DNA of 64,000 bases from an uncultured Gemmatimonadaceae bacterium (GCA_963740355.1 CAVUDW010000003.1:1312001-1376000), one strand, 5' to 3'; counted from the first letter of the stretch, positions 1-12,146 are shown. Translations and numbers: made by a program. The notes: generated by a model not told the origin, from the sequence alone.

Positions 1-663
1 AGGTGGCGCATCAGGCAACCGGGCCAGCACCAGGTGCACGATGTTGTCGGTGAGATCGTGATCGCCCGCCGAGATGAAGATCTTGTTGCCGGTGATGGCG
101 TAACTGCCGTCGGCGCGTGGCTCGGCCTTGGTCGTGAGCAGGCCGAGGTCCGTGCCGCAGTGTGCTTCTGTGAGGCACATCGTGCCCGCCCACTCGCCCG
201 TCACCAGCTTCGGCAGCCAGACCTTCTTCAACTCCTCGGTGCCATGCATCAGCAACGCGTGATACGCGCCGTGGCTCAGCCCCGGGAACATGCCGAAGCT
301 GAGGTTCGAGGCGCAGATCATCTCCTCGACGGCGAAGCGCAATGTCTGTGGGAATCCCTGTCCACCGAAGGCTTCGTCCGCGGACAGCGCCGGCCACCCG
401 GACTCGACGTACTGGTGATACGCGGCCTTGAACCCGGCGGGCGTCGTCACTGCGCCGTTCTCGATGTGACATCCCTCCGCATCGCCGCTCTGGTTGATCG
501 GCTGCAGCACTTCCTCGCAGAACTGCGCCGCACCCTCCAGCACCGACATCGCCGTCTCGGCATCGAAGTCGGCGTACCCAGGCAGCGCGGTGAGGCGCGA
601 GTAGTCGATCACGTCGTTGAGGACGAACTTCATGTCGTCCAGTGGTGCCTTGTACGTGGGCAT
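1..663 (-). CDS. Acyl-CoA dehydrogenase, N-terminal part (runs off the window)
   Basis: Manual translation from ATG at 663: MPTYKAPLDDMKFVLNDV...GTMCLTEAHCGTDLG...ITGNKIFISAGDHDLTDNIVHLVLAR. Directly downstream of the hydroxyacyl-CoA dehydrogenase gene. Confidence 0.93.
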   Translation of the reverse strand, partial: MPTYKAPLDDMKFVLNDVIDYSRLTALPGYADFDAETAMSVLEGAAQFCEEVLQPINQSGDAEGCHIENGAVTTPAGFKAAYHQYVESGWPALSADEAFGGQGFPQTLRFAVEEMICASNLSFGMFPGLSHGAYHALLMHGTEELKKVWLPKLVTGEWAGTMCLTEAHCGTDLGLLTTKAEPRADGSYAITGNKIFISAGDHDLTDNIVHLVLARLPDAPP

Positions 664-672
664 GTCCGTTCC

Positions 673-3018
673 TCAGTTGCGCAGCGGCTTGCCGTTCGCG
701 AGCATGTGCTCGATCCGGGCCAATGAGCCTGACGTGTGTGCGAGCTTCATGAACTGCGCGCGCTCGAGTGCCAGCAGCGCGGTTTCGTCGAGCGGCGTTG
801 CGCCATCGGTGTCACCACCGGTCAGCACGGTGGCCAGTTCCGCCGCCACCACCTGGTCGTGTGCCGTCGCCTTGCCTGCGGCGGCCATGGCCGCGACACC
901 GGCCATCAGCATGCTCTTGCCGCGTGCGCCGGACAGCACCACCGATCGCTGCGGCAGCGGCGTGTATCCGGCCACCATCGACAATGCCTTCGCCTTCGCG
1001 TCGGCCAGCAGTCGATCCCGATTCATCGTGATGCCGTCTGAGCTGCGGAGATAGCCGAGCGCGCGCGCATCGGCAGCCGATGTCGACGTCTTCGCGGCGG
1101 CGATCGTCTGAAACACCTGCCCCGCGGCGGCCATCGCCTTGGCCGGATCCGTCTGCACCGGACCCACATGGCGCAGCAGCATTTCCTTGCATCCACCCCA
1201 GCCAGGGATGATGCCGACACCCGCTTCGACGAGCCCGATGTAGGTCTCGGCCGCAGCCTGCACGGCGTCGGAATGCAGCGTGATCTCGGCACCACCACCG
1301 AGCGCCAGGCCGGCAGGGGCCGCGACCACGGGAAACGGGGCGTGCAGCAAGGCGTTGTAGGTCTTCTGCCCGTCGGCAACGTTCTGCTCGACGGTCTCCC
1401 ACGCCGCGATGTTGATCGAGAACAGCGCCAGTCCGAGATTCGCACCGACGCTGAAATTTTCACCATCGTTGTAGATGACCAGCGCCTTGTACGCACCGCT
1501 ACCATCACCAACTGTCGCGATCACCTGACGGATCATCGCCATGATGTCGGGATCGAGCGAGTTCATCTTCGACGTGAACTCGAAGCACAACACGCCGTCG
1601 CCGATATCCCAGACGCTGGCCGAGCCGTTCTTCATGACCGGCTTGCCGGCGCGCTTGAAGTCCGCCAGCGAGAGCACGCCGGCTGGCCGCGGCACGGCTG
1701 CATATTCACCGCTCGGCAGTAGCTCTTGCAGTGCGGCGCCTTCCACTCGATAGAACGCCTTGTTGAGCGCTACCAGCGGTGGCACCGCGATGCCGTGCTT
1801 GCCAAGCAACGCCGCGAGGTTGGCGGCACCTAGCTGATCGATCAATTCGAAGGGACCGTATGTCCATCCGTATCCGAGCCGCATCGCCTGATCGACAGCG
1901 CTGATACGATCGGCGATGGTCGGCACCAGTGATGCTGCGTACGACAATGCCTGTGCCAGCAGCGACGCCGCGAACTTGCCGCCCTTGTCGTCGAAGCTCA
2001 CCAGCGTCTTCAACGCACTCTTTCCACGTGCCGCGGCCAGCGACGCCAACTGCGGCGCACGCTCGGCGCGGTACTGGCCCGTCTGCAGGTCGACCACTTC
2101 CTTCGTCCTGCCACCCTTGGCGTCGGGCACGAGCCGCGTGAAGCCACCACCCTTGCTCTTGCGGCCAGTGTTGCCAGCGGCGATCAACGCCTCCATCGGC
2201 GCAAAACTGGTCGGGAGCGAAAGGAATGCGTCACCGGCCGGCAGCGTGGCGTGGAAACTCTTCATGATGTGTGGCATCAGGTCGAGTCCAACGAGGTCGG
2301 TGAGGCCAAAGATGCCGGTCTTCGGCAATCCCATCGGCTTGCCGCAGACGGCGTCAGCTTCTTCCACCGTGAGGCCGAACTTCAGCGCTTCGTGCATGGC
2401 GGCATACATGAAGAACGTGCCGATGCGATTGGCGATGAAGCCGGGTGTGTCCTTGCACACCACCACCCCCTTGCCGAGGCGTTCGTCGCCGACGGCGTGC
2501 AACGCGTCGGTCACCTCGGCGCGTGTGCGCGGGCCACTCACCAACTCCAGCAGCCGCATGTAGCGCGGCGGGTTGAAGAAGTGCGTGATCGCAAAGTCGG
2601 CGGCGAAGGCATCCGACTGTCCTGCGATCAGGTCGTGCAATGGGATGGTCGAGGTATTCGACGTGATGATGCTGCCCGGCCGGCGCGCGGCATCGAGCTT
2701 CTTGTAGAGCGGCGTCTTGACCGCCGGATCTTCGAAGACGGCCTCGATGATCCAATCGATTTCTGCCAGCGCCTCGAGGTCGTCCTCGACGTTGCCCGGC
2801 GTGACGAGCGCCATCGCCTCCGCGCTCATGAACGGTGCCGGTTGCTGTGTGCGCATGCGCGCAAGCGCGCCCGCAGCGAGCGTGTTCCGTTCGGTGGCGC
2901 CGGACGGAACGACGTCGAGCAGAAGGACCGGAATTCCCGCGTTGGCAAGCTGCGCGGCAATTCCGCTCCCCATCGTACCCGCGCCGATGACAGCGGCGCG
3001 GCGGATCTCGATGGCCAT
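673..3018 (-). CDS. 3-hydroxyacyl-CoA dehydrogenase / enoyl-CoA hydratase fusion (FadN-like)
   Basis: GAGTMGSG Rossmann motif, SNTSTIP, HFFNPPRYM, DTPGFIANR, C-terminal crotonase domain (FSVGANL, ALGGGAE). Start taken at MAIEIRR. Confidence 0.93.
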   Translation of the reverse strand: MAIEIRRAAVIGAGTMGSGIAAQLANAGIPVLLLDVVPSGATERNTLAAGALARMRTQQPAPFMSAEAMALVTPGNVEDDLEALAEIDWIIEAVFEDPAVKTPLYKKLDAARRPGSIITSNTSTIPLHDLIAGQSDAFAADFAITHFFNPPRYMRLLELVSGPRTRAEVTDALHAVGDERLGKGVVVCKDTPGFIANRIGTFFMYAAMHEALKFGLTVEEADAVCGKPMGLPKTGIFGLTDLVGLDLMPHIMKSFHATLPAGDAFLSLPTSFAPMEALIAAGNTGRKSKGGGFTRLVPDAKGGRTKEVVDLQTGQYRAERAPQLASLAAARGKSALKTLVSFDDKGGKFAASLLAQALSYAASLVPTIADRISAVDQAMRLGYGWTYGPFELIDQLGAANLAALLGKHGIAVPPLVALNKAFYRVEGAALQELLPSGEYAAVPRPAGVLSLADFKRAGKPVMKNGSASVWDIGDGVLCFEFTSKMNSLDPDIMAMIRQVIATVGDGSGAYKALVIYNDGENFSVGANLGLALFSINIAAWETVEQNVADGQKTYNALLHAPFPVVAAPAGLALGGGAEITLHSDAVQAAAETYIGLVEAGVGIIPGWGGCKEMLLRHVGPVQTDPAKAMAAAGQVFQTIAAAKTSTSAADARALGYLRSSDGITMNRDRLLADAKAKALSMVAGYTPLPQRSVVLSGARGKSMLMAGVAAMAAAGKATAHDQVVAAELATVLTGGDTDGATPLDETALLALERAQFMKLAHTSGSLARIEHMLANGKPLRN

Positions 3019-3250
3019 GAGAGGTGGCGTGGAGCCAGAATTGAGAAGAAGCAGCCGACCGCGAAGCAGACGCCGGCTTGGATGATCGAATGCTGGCCCG
3101 GGGAAGGCTCGTGCGCAACGTCCGCGGCTCGTGTACGCCGTCGTCAACGCCGATTTGGTGTCAGGTTTCAGCGAAGGGAGCCGGGCGTCGAGACTATGCG
3201 GTAACTCGTGTCGTGCCGACCGGACACCGGCGGCACCTGTCTCCCGTCGC

Positions 3251-5497
3251 ATGATGCCGTTTCAACTGCCCGGTCAGCTGGCGTACGAAACCCTTGCGCG
3301 TGGCCCGGCATCGCGCGCTGCGCGGGTCGCCGAAGCCATCGCGGACGCGCGGCGCGAAAGCGGTGTCGCCGGCGACCGGTGGATGCTGCGCCTGATTGCG
3401 GCGGGCGCGGCGGGCGTAACGGGGCTCGCTCTGTCACGAAACAGCTTCATTCCGTCGGTATGGGTCCTGGCAGTCATGGGCCTGAGCATCGCCTTCGGCG
3501 TGTCGGAGCGGTGGCGATGCACCCGGAACGGCGCCATCGCGCTCGGCCTGGCAGCGCACCTCGTTGGCTGGGCGCTCTCGGTGCAGATCGGGTCGCGCAT
3601 CGAGTGGGGGGCAATCTTCTTCGTCACCACCACAGTCCAGCTCCGTTACGAAGACTCCCGCGCGGTGCTGCCGAGCATCGGCTTCTACATCCTGCAGCAC
3701 CTCGCACAGTGGGGACTGCTGACCAGCGGCTTCACCCTGGGATTTCTCTGGTCCGGTGAGTTCAACCTCACGTCATCGCTACTCGCGATGATGCTGGCGC
3801 TGGTCCAGGGCTCGGTGGTCGTCGAGATCGCCCGTGCGCTGAGCAAGCGGCACGAGAGTGCCATCCAGGCCAACATCGAGTTGGTCGAACGGGCGGCACA
3901 TGCGGATGCCCAGTCGGCCGCGCTGCAGCGCACCGAGGCGATCATGCGCGGCGTGATCGGCGGCAGTGAGGATGGCGTGGCCGTGTACGACATCGATACG
4001 CGTGTGCAGGTCTGGAATCCGCGCATGGAGATGATCAGCGGCGTGCGCGCCTCGATGGCGCTCGGCCGGTTGCGCGCGGACGTGTACGGCACCGACAGCG
4101 CGCGAACCGAGGCCCTGCAACAGGCGCTCGACGGCACACCGGCGCATGTGAACAACGTGTCCTACTTCGATACCGCCACCAATCGCGACGGCGTGGTCGA
4201 CATTGCCTACCTCCCGCTCCGCGATTCGAACGGCAAGGTGATCGGTGCGTTCAAGGTGGCGCACGATGTCTCGGATCGCATCCGCGCGGCCGACGCCGTC
4301 TCGACCACACGCCAGCAGCTACTGGAGGCCATCGAGGCCATCGATGCCGGCTTCGCGTTGTTCGATGCAGAGGATCGCGTGATCCAGGTAAACAGTGCGT
4401 ATCGCGCCTACTACGAGGAGATTGCGGCGAAGTTCGCGCCGGGCACTCCGTACGTGGAAATCGCCCGCGCCTATCTCACGACCTTTCCCGAATATGCCGG
4501 CGGGCAGCAGCTCGACGACGCCGTGCAGAGCTGGGTGGCGGCACGGTCCGAACGCGCCAACTCCAAGGAGTACCAGCAGGGCGACCGCTGGCTGCTGCTG
4601 CAGGATCGACCCACAGCGTCGGGTGGGCGCGTGTCGTTGCGCACCGACATCACGCACCTGAAGGCGATCCAGCGCGAGCTGGAAGAGGCGCGTTCGAAGG
4701 CCGAGGAAGCCAATCGGGCCAAGAGCGAATTCCTGGCGCGGATGAGTCATGAGTTGCGCACACCATTGAATTCGATCATCGGATTCTCACGACTCGTGAA
4801 GTCGAATCGCAACGGGACACTGGCTGCGAAGGATGTGACGTACCTGGATCGTGTGGCGAGCAACGGCGAACACCTGCTCTCGCTGATCAACGACATCCTC
4901 GACCTCTCGCGCATCGAGGCCGGCAAGATGCCGATCATGGTCGAGGAGATCGACTGCAACGCGATGATCCTCGAGACCACACGCATGCTGGAAGGACAGG
5001 CGGCACACGCCGACGTGCGGATCGTGGCGCACATCTCACAGACGCAGCTGAATCTGAGCACCGACGCGGCGAAGTTGCGCCAGGTGCTGATCAACCTGAT
5101 CGGCAACGCGCAGAAGTTCACGGCACGCGGAACGATCACCGTGGCAGTGGAGCAATCGACCACGGCGCCGGATCAGGTGGTGTTCTCCGTGACCGACACC
5201 GGTGTCGGTATCCCGCACGACCGGCTGCAGGCGATCTTCGAGGCCTTCGAGCAGGCCGACGGTACCACCAGTCGACAGTACGGTGGCACCGGGCTTGGGC
5301 TGACGATCAGCCGAACGTTGTGCGACCTGATTCACGCCACGCTGACGGTCGAGAGTGAAGTGGGCGTCGGCTCGACGTTCCGAGTCAGCTGTGCGCCGAT
5401 GCTCCGCCGTTCGACGCCATTGGCGAACCGTCCGTCGACTCCGGTGCCGATGCCAATCCACGCCGCGCTGCCGACACCGTCGCTGCGCAACGTGTAG
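3251..5497 (+). CDS. Membrane sensor histidine kinase with two PAS domains
   Basis: N-terminal TM helices, PAS motifs, H-box FLARMSHELRTPLN, N-box NLIGNA, G-boxes DTGVGI and GGTGLGL. Confidence 0.92.
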   Translation: MMPFQLPGQLAYETLARGPASRAARVAEAIADARRESGVAGDRWMLRLIAAGAAGVTGLALSRNSFIPSVWVLAVMGLSIAFGVSERWRCTRNGAIALGLAAHLVGWALSVQIGSRIEWGAIFFVTTTVQLRYEDSRAVLPSIGFYILQHLAQWGLLTSGFTLGFLWSGEFNLTSSLLAMMLALVQGSVVVEIARALSKRHESAIQANIELVERAAHADAQSAALQRTEAIMRGVIGGSEDGVAVYDIDTRVQVWNPRMEMISGVRASMALGRLRADVYGTDSARTEALQQALDGTPAHVNNVSYFDTATNRDGVVDIAYLPLRDSNGKVIGAFKVAHDVSDRIRAADAVSTTRQQLLEAIEAIDAGFALFDAEDRVIQVNSAYRAYYEEIAAKFAPGTPYVEIARAYLTTFPEYAGGQQLDDAVQSWVAARSERANSKEYQQGDRWLLLQDRPTASGGRVSLRTDITHLKAIQRELEEARSKAEEANRAKSEFLARMSHELRTPLNSIIGFSRLVKSNRNGTLAAKDVTYLDRVASNGEHLLSLINDILDLSRIEAGKMPIMVEEIDCNAMILETTRMLEGQAAHADVRIVAHISQTQLNLSTDAAKLRQVLINLIGNAQKFTARGTITVAVEQSTTAPDQVVFSVTDTGVGIPHDRLQAIFEAFEQADGTTSRQYGGTGLGLTISRTLCDLIHATLTVESEVGVGSTFRVSCAPMLRRSTPLANRPSTPVPMPIHAALPTPSLRNV

Positions 5498-5521
5498 CGT
5501 TGCGGCTGGCGATGACGCGCG

Positions 5522-6178
5522 TTACCCCGCGTCAGGCGGAAAGACGAGCATCGGCCAGGTCCGACGCCACGGTGTCTGGTCGGCGAAGGTCAGCTCGAGC
5601 GTCAGTGTCCAGCGCACCGAATCGAAGCTGCTGTAGTACGACGGCGGCGCTGTCGGTGGGATGCGGAAGGTCACGGTTTGCCGCCAGTCATCGCCTTTCG
5701 CGATCGGCCCGCCGGAGAGCGAGACGGGCAGCACCATGCTCTCGATCGGCTCTCCCGATTGTGTCCCGTGCCAGGGACGCGCTTCGGCCAGCAGCGATGC
5801 GTTCCGCAGCACGAGGTTGCGACGTGCATGGAGCACCGCACTGAACGTGACCGGTTCACCCACGGTGACCATGTTGTCATCGAGCGAGGGTTCCACCCAG
5901 CCGATCCGTCGCGCCTCCTCGAATTCCGGCCGCAATCCCTTCAGCTCGCGGAAGGCACCGACGAACGCGACCAGGCCAATCGCGATCAGCACCACGGCTT
6001 CGGCGTAGACCATGAAGCTGCCGACGATGCCGAACACGATCAGCGCCAACCCGAGGGCAGAGGTCAGCAACGCTCGCCGCGCCGTGCCGCGCTCCAGCGG
6101 CGCACGCCATTGCTCGCGTACCAGCTCGACATAGACGTGCCCCTTGGGGCCGAGGCGATCGGAGTCATCGACAGGCAT
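5522..6178 (-). CDS. Hypothetical membrane protein (2 TM helices plus beta-rich C-terminal domain)
   Basis: C-terminal part of ORF 5522..7024 from MPVDDSDR. Hydrophobic hairpin, then TFRIPPTAPPSY...VRWTLTL. Confidence 0.65.
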   Translation of the reverse strand: MPVDDSDRLGPKGHVYVELVREQWRAPLERGTARRALLTSALGLALIVFGIVGSFMVYAEAVVLIAIGLVAFVGAFRELKGLRPEFEEARRIGWVEPSLDDNMVTVGEPVTFSAVLHARRNLVLRNASLLAEARPWHGTQSGEPIESMVLPVSLSGGPIAKGDDWRQTVTFRIPPTAPPSYYSSFDSVRWTLTLELTFADQTPWRRTWPMLVFPPDAG

Positions 6179-6256
6179 CCCGCGAGAATGGTCGGTCGGC
6201 AGTTCCGACGCAACTGCGTCGCCAGCTTCTGTTCCGCAGCACGGTACTCTTCCTGC

Positions 6257-7330
6257 ATGTCGCGATTCCCGTTCCTGCTCTCCCCCGTCTCCGTTGGCGC
6301 ATTGGCGCTGCCGAATCGTGTGCTGATGGCACCGATGGCCCGTCACCGCGCCTATCGCGATGGGACATTGCCCCCGCTGGTGAGCGAGTACTTCGCGCAA
6401 CGCGCCCGCGCCGGGATGGTGTTCACCGACGCCACCATGATTTCGCCGGAGGCGGTGGGCGCCCCATTCTGTCCCGCCATCTGGACCGACGAACATGTCG
6501 AGTCGTGGCGCGCCGTGACGCGGGCGGTACATGCCGCGGGCGGCCTGATCGCGCTGCAACTGATGCACACCGGCCGGATCTCGCTGGAGGCCTTTCAGCC
6601 GGGCCGCGCGGCACCGGTGTCGTCGTACGGCGTGCAGGCGGCCGACATCCAGTTGCACAACCCGCGGCTCACCCTCGAGCCGGCGGCGGAGCCACGGGCG
6701 CTGGAGTTGAAGGAAGTGGCGGAGGTGGTCTCCCAATTCGCACTCGCCGCGCGACGTGGCCGGGCCGCCGGCTTCGATGCGGTGGAGATTCACGCCGCCG
6801 ACGGCTACCTGGTGGACCAGTTCCTTCGCGACGGCGTCAACCAGCGCCACGATCGGTACGGCGGCTCCCCTGAGAATCGTGCGCGGTTCCTGCTCGAGGT
6901 CACGGAAGCGGTGGCGCGCGAATTCGGCGCCGACCGCACCGGCGTCCGCCTCTCGCCACAGAGCACGTTCAACGACATGCGTGACAGCAATCCCCTCGTC
7001 ACGTTCAGCGCGGCGCTGCGCCAATTGTCAGCGCTCGACATCGCCTGGACACATTTCTCCGGCGGCGGCACCAGCGACCTCACGCTGCGACTGCGCGATG
7101 TCTACGGCAAGCCGTTCATCCTCAACGGTGGCTTCTCCGCCGAGCGCGCGGACGAGGCCATCAAAAGCGAAGTGGCAGTCGCGGTGAGCTTCGGGCAGCT
7201 GTACATCGCCAACCCCGACCTCGTTGAACGCTTCGCCACCGGCGCCGAGTTCAACACCCCGAATCCTTCCACGTTCTACGGCGGGAATGAACGCGGCTAC
7301 ACCGACTATCCGACGATCTCTGCGCGTTGA
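6257..7330 (+). CDS. Alkene reductase / old yellow enzyme (NemA-like NADH:flavin oxidoreductase)
   Basis: LPNRVLMAPM, QLMHTGR, AGFDAVEIHAADGYLVDQFL, YGGSPENRARF, NPDLVERF, GYTDYP. Confidence 0.93.
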   Translation: MSRFPFLLSPVSVGALALPNRVLMAPMARHRAYRDGTLPPLVSEYFAQRARAGMVFTDATMISPEAVGAPFCPAIWTDEHVESWRAVTRAVHAAGGLIALQLMHTGRISLEAFQPGRAAPVSSYGVQAADIQLHNPRLTLEPAAEPRALELKEVAEVVSQFALAARRGRAAGFDAVEIHAADGYLVDQFLRDGVNQRHDRYGGSPENRARFLLEVTEAVAREFGADRTGVRLSPQSTFNDMRDSNPLVTFSAALRQLSALDIAWTHFSGGGTSDLTLRLRDVYGKPFILNGGFSAERADEAIKSEVAVAVSFGQLYIANPDLVERFATGAEFNTPNPSTFYGGNERGYTDYPTISAR

Positions 7331-7545
7331 CTGACCTGCAAACTGCATAACGCAGAACCGAACAGCCGCAGAACAGAACAGCCGCTGAACAGCAACAGCA
7401 ACAGCAAACTTCAAACTGCCTGGACGCAAAACAGCAAGGGCGGATACTGCAACAGCCGCCAAACTGCACACCGCCGCAAAACGGGCACTGCAAAACGGTT
7501 ACTGCAAAACGGCCACTGCAAAACGCAGAGTAGCTGTGTTGAAAG

Positions 7546-8703
<1,158 letters not shown>

Positions 8704-8977
8704 TTAATAGCAGCCAATCGATACCATATCAGGACAAAAGGCTTTGGGAACTGCTCTCGCAGTTGCAGTTCCCAAAGCCCTCGTTTGCCCCTCGATGCGC
8801 GACGATGCATGCTGGCGCGGTAGAACCCTCTGCGCCTCTGCGTCTCTGCGTTTCGCCTTCGCAGTTGCTGTTCTGCGGCTGTTCTGTTCTGCGGCTGTTG
8901 CAGTATCGCAGTTTTCTGTTCTGCGTTAAAGCAGTTTGCAGTTTGTAGTTTGCAGTTGCAAAGCAGAATTGGAGAGA

Positions 8978-10909
8978 TCAGCGCATCGGTCGCGTGGTGC
9001 CGATGGGCTGGCCGTTGGGGTGCCAGGCGGGTTTGGGGCCGTTGGCGAGGATGATGATGGCTTGCGCCGCGGCTTCGATCACTCGGGCCATGTGGGCGGG
9101 GTCGGCGTAGCGCGCTTCGTCGCGCACCGTGTGGTAGTCTGGGTGGAGATTGAAGCTCGACAACGTGTGCGCCGGAATTCCCATCCGGGCGAACGCGATG
9201 TTGTCGCTGCGTTCGAAGAAGCGCTGCGCCGGACGGCGATCTGGAACGATCGGAATACCGCCATCGCGGAGCTGGTCACCGAGGGTGGAGCGTTCGTAGC
9301 CCGTGAGCCAGGCCTTGCCGGCGCCGCCGGCGAGGCTGTCGGGGCGCCCGATCATCTCGACTTCGAGGTTGGCCACCATCTGCGACAGCGGACGCACCGG
9401 ATGATCGATGAACCAGCGCGTGCCAAGCAATCCGACCTCTTCGCCCGTCATCGCCGCGAACACGATGGTGCGCTTCGGCTTCATGGCGCCCTTCGACAGC
9501 AGGCGCGCCACCTGCAGGATCGCGATGGTGCCAGCGGCGTCGTCATCGGCGCCGTTGTTGATCGAGTCACCGTCCACGGCCTTGGTGACGCCGATGTGGT
9601 CATAGTGCGCCGTCATCAGGACGTATTCGTCCTTCAGCGCCGGATCGGAGCCTTCGATGTAGCCGATCACGTTGGCGCCCGGCAGGCGTCGCGCGGCCGG
9701 CACCGAGTCGTACGCGCCCCAGCTGGCCAGCAGCTGCGGGCGCACTCGTGCGCCAGGTGCAGTGGCGGTCGAGGCCAGTGGCACGCGCTGCACGAAGCCG
9801 CTGTCGTCGGCAGCCTTCAATCCGGCGGCCGCGAACTGCGTCGCCAGCCATCGCGTCGCACGCCAGCTGCCCGGTGAGCCGGTCAGTCGCCCTTCCATGC
9901 TGTCGGCGGCAAGAATCGCGAGATCGCGTGCCACATCGGCGTCGCGGACACGCGGACGATAGGCACCGGCGCGCGCCGGTGCCGCGACCGTCGGCACCGC
10001 AACGAAAGCGAGCCAGTTTCCGGTGGGGTCGAGCGTGACACGGGTGATGTTCGTCAGTGGCGCGTACGACAGGTCGGCTGCGACGGTCCACCCGGGCTGG
10101 CCGCGCGTGAAGGTGCGCAACGTGGTGCCGGTGCCGGCCACCATCGTGGTGCTGTCGACCCAGGCGTATTCCTCCACGCCTGGCAGCGTCGCCACCAGTC
10201 GCGTGATCGCGCGTGTCGTGACATCCAGCTCGTCGATGTACCACTGCGCGCCGGCCTTCTGCACGAAGGTCACGCGGTTCGTTCCCGGCACGCGCTTCAG
10301 GCCACGGCCGATGTCGCGAGCCAACGTATCGAGCTTGCCGCTGGTGGTGTCCATCATCTGCAGCGTCGCTGGTGAGCCGAGCACGAACATCACCACCTGC
10401 GAGCCGACCCACGCGTAGTAACCAACAGGCTTCACCTTGCCGACCAATCGTTCGGCGGTGCCTCCAGGGGTCAGCGGCATGCGCCAGAGATGTTGCGCGG
10501 AGTCGCGCTCGACGCGAATGACCGTCAGCGACTTCTCGTCGGGCGTGACCTGCGCCGAATATTCACTTTCCGCCGTCACGGTGACCGGGATGTGCTCCGA
10601 ACCATCGAGGGCGTAACGCCAGATATCGGTCTGCACGTCGCGAACACTGTCGCGCAGCAGCGCGTTCGGGGCGCGCCGGGTGTAGTAGAGGGCTCGACCG
10701 CGCGCGTCGAAGCTGGGCTGGTTATCATAGCCGTCGCGGCGCGTGAGGTTGAGGGGCGGCTGGACGATCAGCGCGCCGTCACGCTTCGTGACGCGCGAGA
10801 GGAAGATGTCGGTGTTCGGTGTGCCGGCAGCGGGCGTGGGCGTCTGCGCCTGTGCCAGCGACATCGGCAGGGCGACGAGCAGCGTGCGGAGGATGGCGGT
10901 GGTTGACAT
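8978..10909 (-). CDS. Exported TolB-like beta-propeller fused to an M28 peptidase
   Basis: Signal peptide, GYDNQPSF and ESEYS propeller motifs. M28 motifs AHYDH, NGADDDAAG, GEEVGLLG, RSDN, DYH. Confidence 0.88.
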   Translation of the reverse strand: MSTTAILRTLLVALPMSLAQAQTPTPAAGTPNTDIFLSRVTKRDGALIVQPPLNLTRRDGYDNQPSFDARGRALYYTRRAPNALLRDSVRDVQTDIWRYALDGSEHIPVTVTAESEYSAQVTPDEKSLTVIRVERDSAQHLWRMPLTPGGTAERLVGKVKPVGYYAWVGSQVVMFVLGSPATLQMMDTTSGKLDTLARDIGRGLKRVPGTNRVTFVQKAGAQWYIDELDVTTRAITRLVATLPGVEEYAWVDSTTMVAGTGTTLRTFTRGQPGWTVAADLSYAPLTNITRVTLDPTGNWLAFVAVPTVAAPARAGAYRPRVRDADVARDLAILAADSMEGRLTGSPGSWRATRWLATQFAAAGLKAADDSGFVQRVPLASTATAPGARVRPQLLASWGAYDSVPAARRLPGANVIGYIEGSDPALKDEYVLMTAHYDHIGVTKAVDGDSINNGADDDAAGTIAILQVARLLSKGAMKPKRTIVFAAMTGEEVGLLGTRWFIDHPVRPLSQMVANLEVEMIGRPDSLAGGAGKAWLTGYERSTLGDQLRDGGIPIVPDRRPAQRFFERSDNIAFARMGIPAHTLSSFNLHPDYHTVRDEARYADPAHMARVIEAAAQAIIILANGPKPAWHPNGQPIGTTRPMR

Positions 10910-11037
10910 GCGGGCAGGCTACGCTGGCGGCCACGGCCGCGCCAGCAGCCACGGGCGGCTGCCGTCTGCACCCATGCCTGTGAAGCGGAGCCTGCCGTGG
11001 CGAGATTGTCCCGATGCAACTCCTGAAGCAGCTCACC

Positions 11038-11469
11038 ATGCCACGCCATCTGCAGCGCCTGGTCCCCCGCTCGCTGCCGCGACGCCCACTCGGCCTCCTC
11101 GCGCTCGCCCTCGTCGCCACTGCCTGCAGCCAGCAGGACAAGAAGCCCCGCCTGCCAGAGCGCGCAGTGGTCGGCAGCTGGCGCAGCGACACCCTGCGGG
11201 GTGCCGATGCCACCGCGCGCGTCTACGAGTTGAAGATGCTGCCGAGTGGCCTGGCTGAGTTCATTAGCGATTCGATCGGGAAGGGTGTGACGACGCAGCG
11301 TGGCACATGGGACGGCGCCGATTCGCTGGTGCGGGTCGTGGTGCGTGGTGATGGTGCCGGCGCCCGACCAGCGTCCATCCTGTTCGCGATCCGAAAGAAC
11401 GAGCTCGGCCTCGTCCGGTTCGATTCGACGGCATGGGGACCGCAGGGGCTGACACTCTACCGGAAGTGA
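11038..11469 (+). CDS. Hypothetical lipoprotein
   Basis: Lipobox-like LVATAC followed by a short beta-rich domain (VGSWRS). Confidence 0.7.
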   Translation: MPRHLQRLVPRSLPRRPLGLLALALVATACSQQDKKPRLPERAVVGSWRSDTLRGADATARVYELKMLPSGLAEFISDSIGKGVTTQRGTWDGADSLVRVVVRGDGAGARPASILFAIRKNELGLVRFDSTAWGPQGLTLYRK

Positions 11470-11606
11470 CGTCGCGGTAATTGTCGAGGCGCGTAACCGC
11501 CTCTCTCGTCGCTTGCGCGGCGACGCATTCGGCGCGACCGTCGTCCCAACGTCACACTGAGTCCAGCGCGACGCTTCCCTGCTCTCAGGCTGAACTCACG
11601 CTGCGC

Positions 11607-12146
11607 ATGACTCCCACTCGACGACGCACTCGCACCGGCCTGCCGGTGGCCGTGCTGATCGCGATCCTGACGGCGATCTTCGCGAGTCGGACACGGGCGC
11701 CGTCACCAGCGGCTGCGCGTGATACCCGAACGCCATCCGCGGCTCCGTCGACACCAGTAACGACGCCAGCAACGACGGCGCGTGGCGGCGCAACGAACGG
11801 CGCGAGCACTGGCGCCGCATCGCCCGATGGTGCACACCGAGGAACATCACCGGGATTCGCCTCGCGCCAACGCCTCGAGGAACACTTCGAAAAACATGGG
11901 GCGGAGTTCCCGGGCCTCGACATAAACGGCTACCTGCTCGCGGCGCAGACGCTGCGCGACGCGGCGGCTGGTGGCAGTGTGCTCGAGCTCCGGCGACGTG
12001 ATGGTGTCGTGACGCGCTTCGATACCCAAAGCGGAGCATTTCTCGCGGTGAATCGCGATGGCACGATCCGCACCTTCTTCCGACCCAACGATGGTGAGGC
12101 GTACTTCCGTCGACAGGCATCGCGCACCCCTGGAGGTGGACCATGA
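11607..12146 (+). CDS. Membrane-anchored protein with a C-terminal toxin-like putative ribonuclease domain
   Basis: Basic N-terminus, TM helix, Pro/Thr/Ala linker, then LEEHFEKHGAEF...DGTIRTFFRPNDGEAYF. Confidence 0.65.
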   Translation: MTPTRRRTRTGLPVAVLIAILTAIFASRTRAPSPAAARDTRTPSAAPSTPVTTPATTARGGATNGASTGAASPDGAHRGTSPGFASRQRLEEHFEKHGAEFPGLDINGYLLAAQTLRDAAAGGSVLELRRRDGVVTRFDTQSGAFLAVNRDGTIRTFFRPNDGEAYFRRQASRTPGGGP

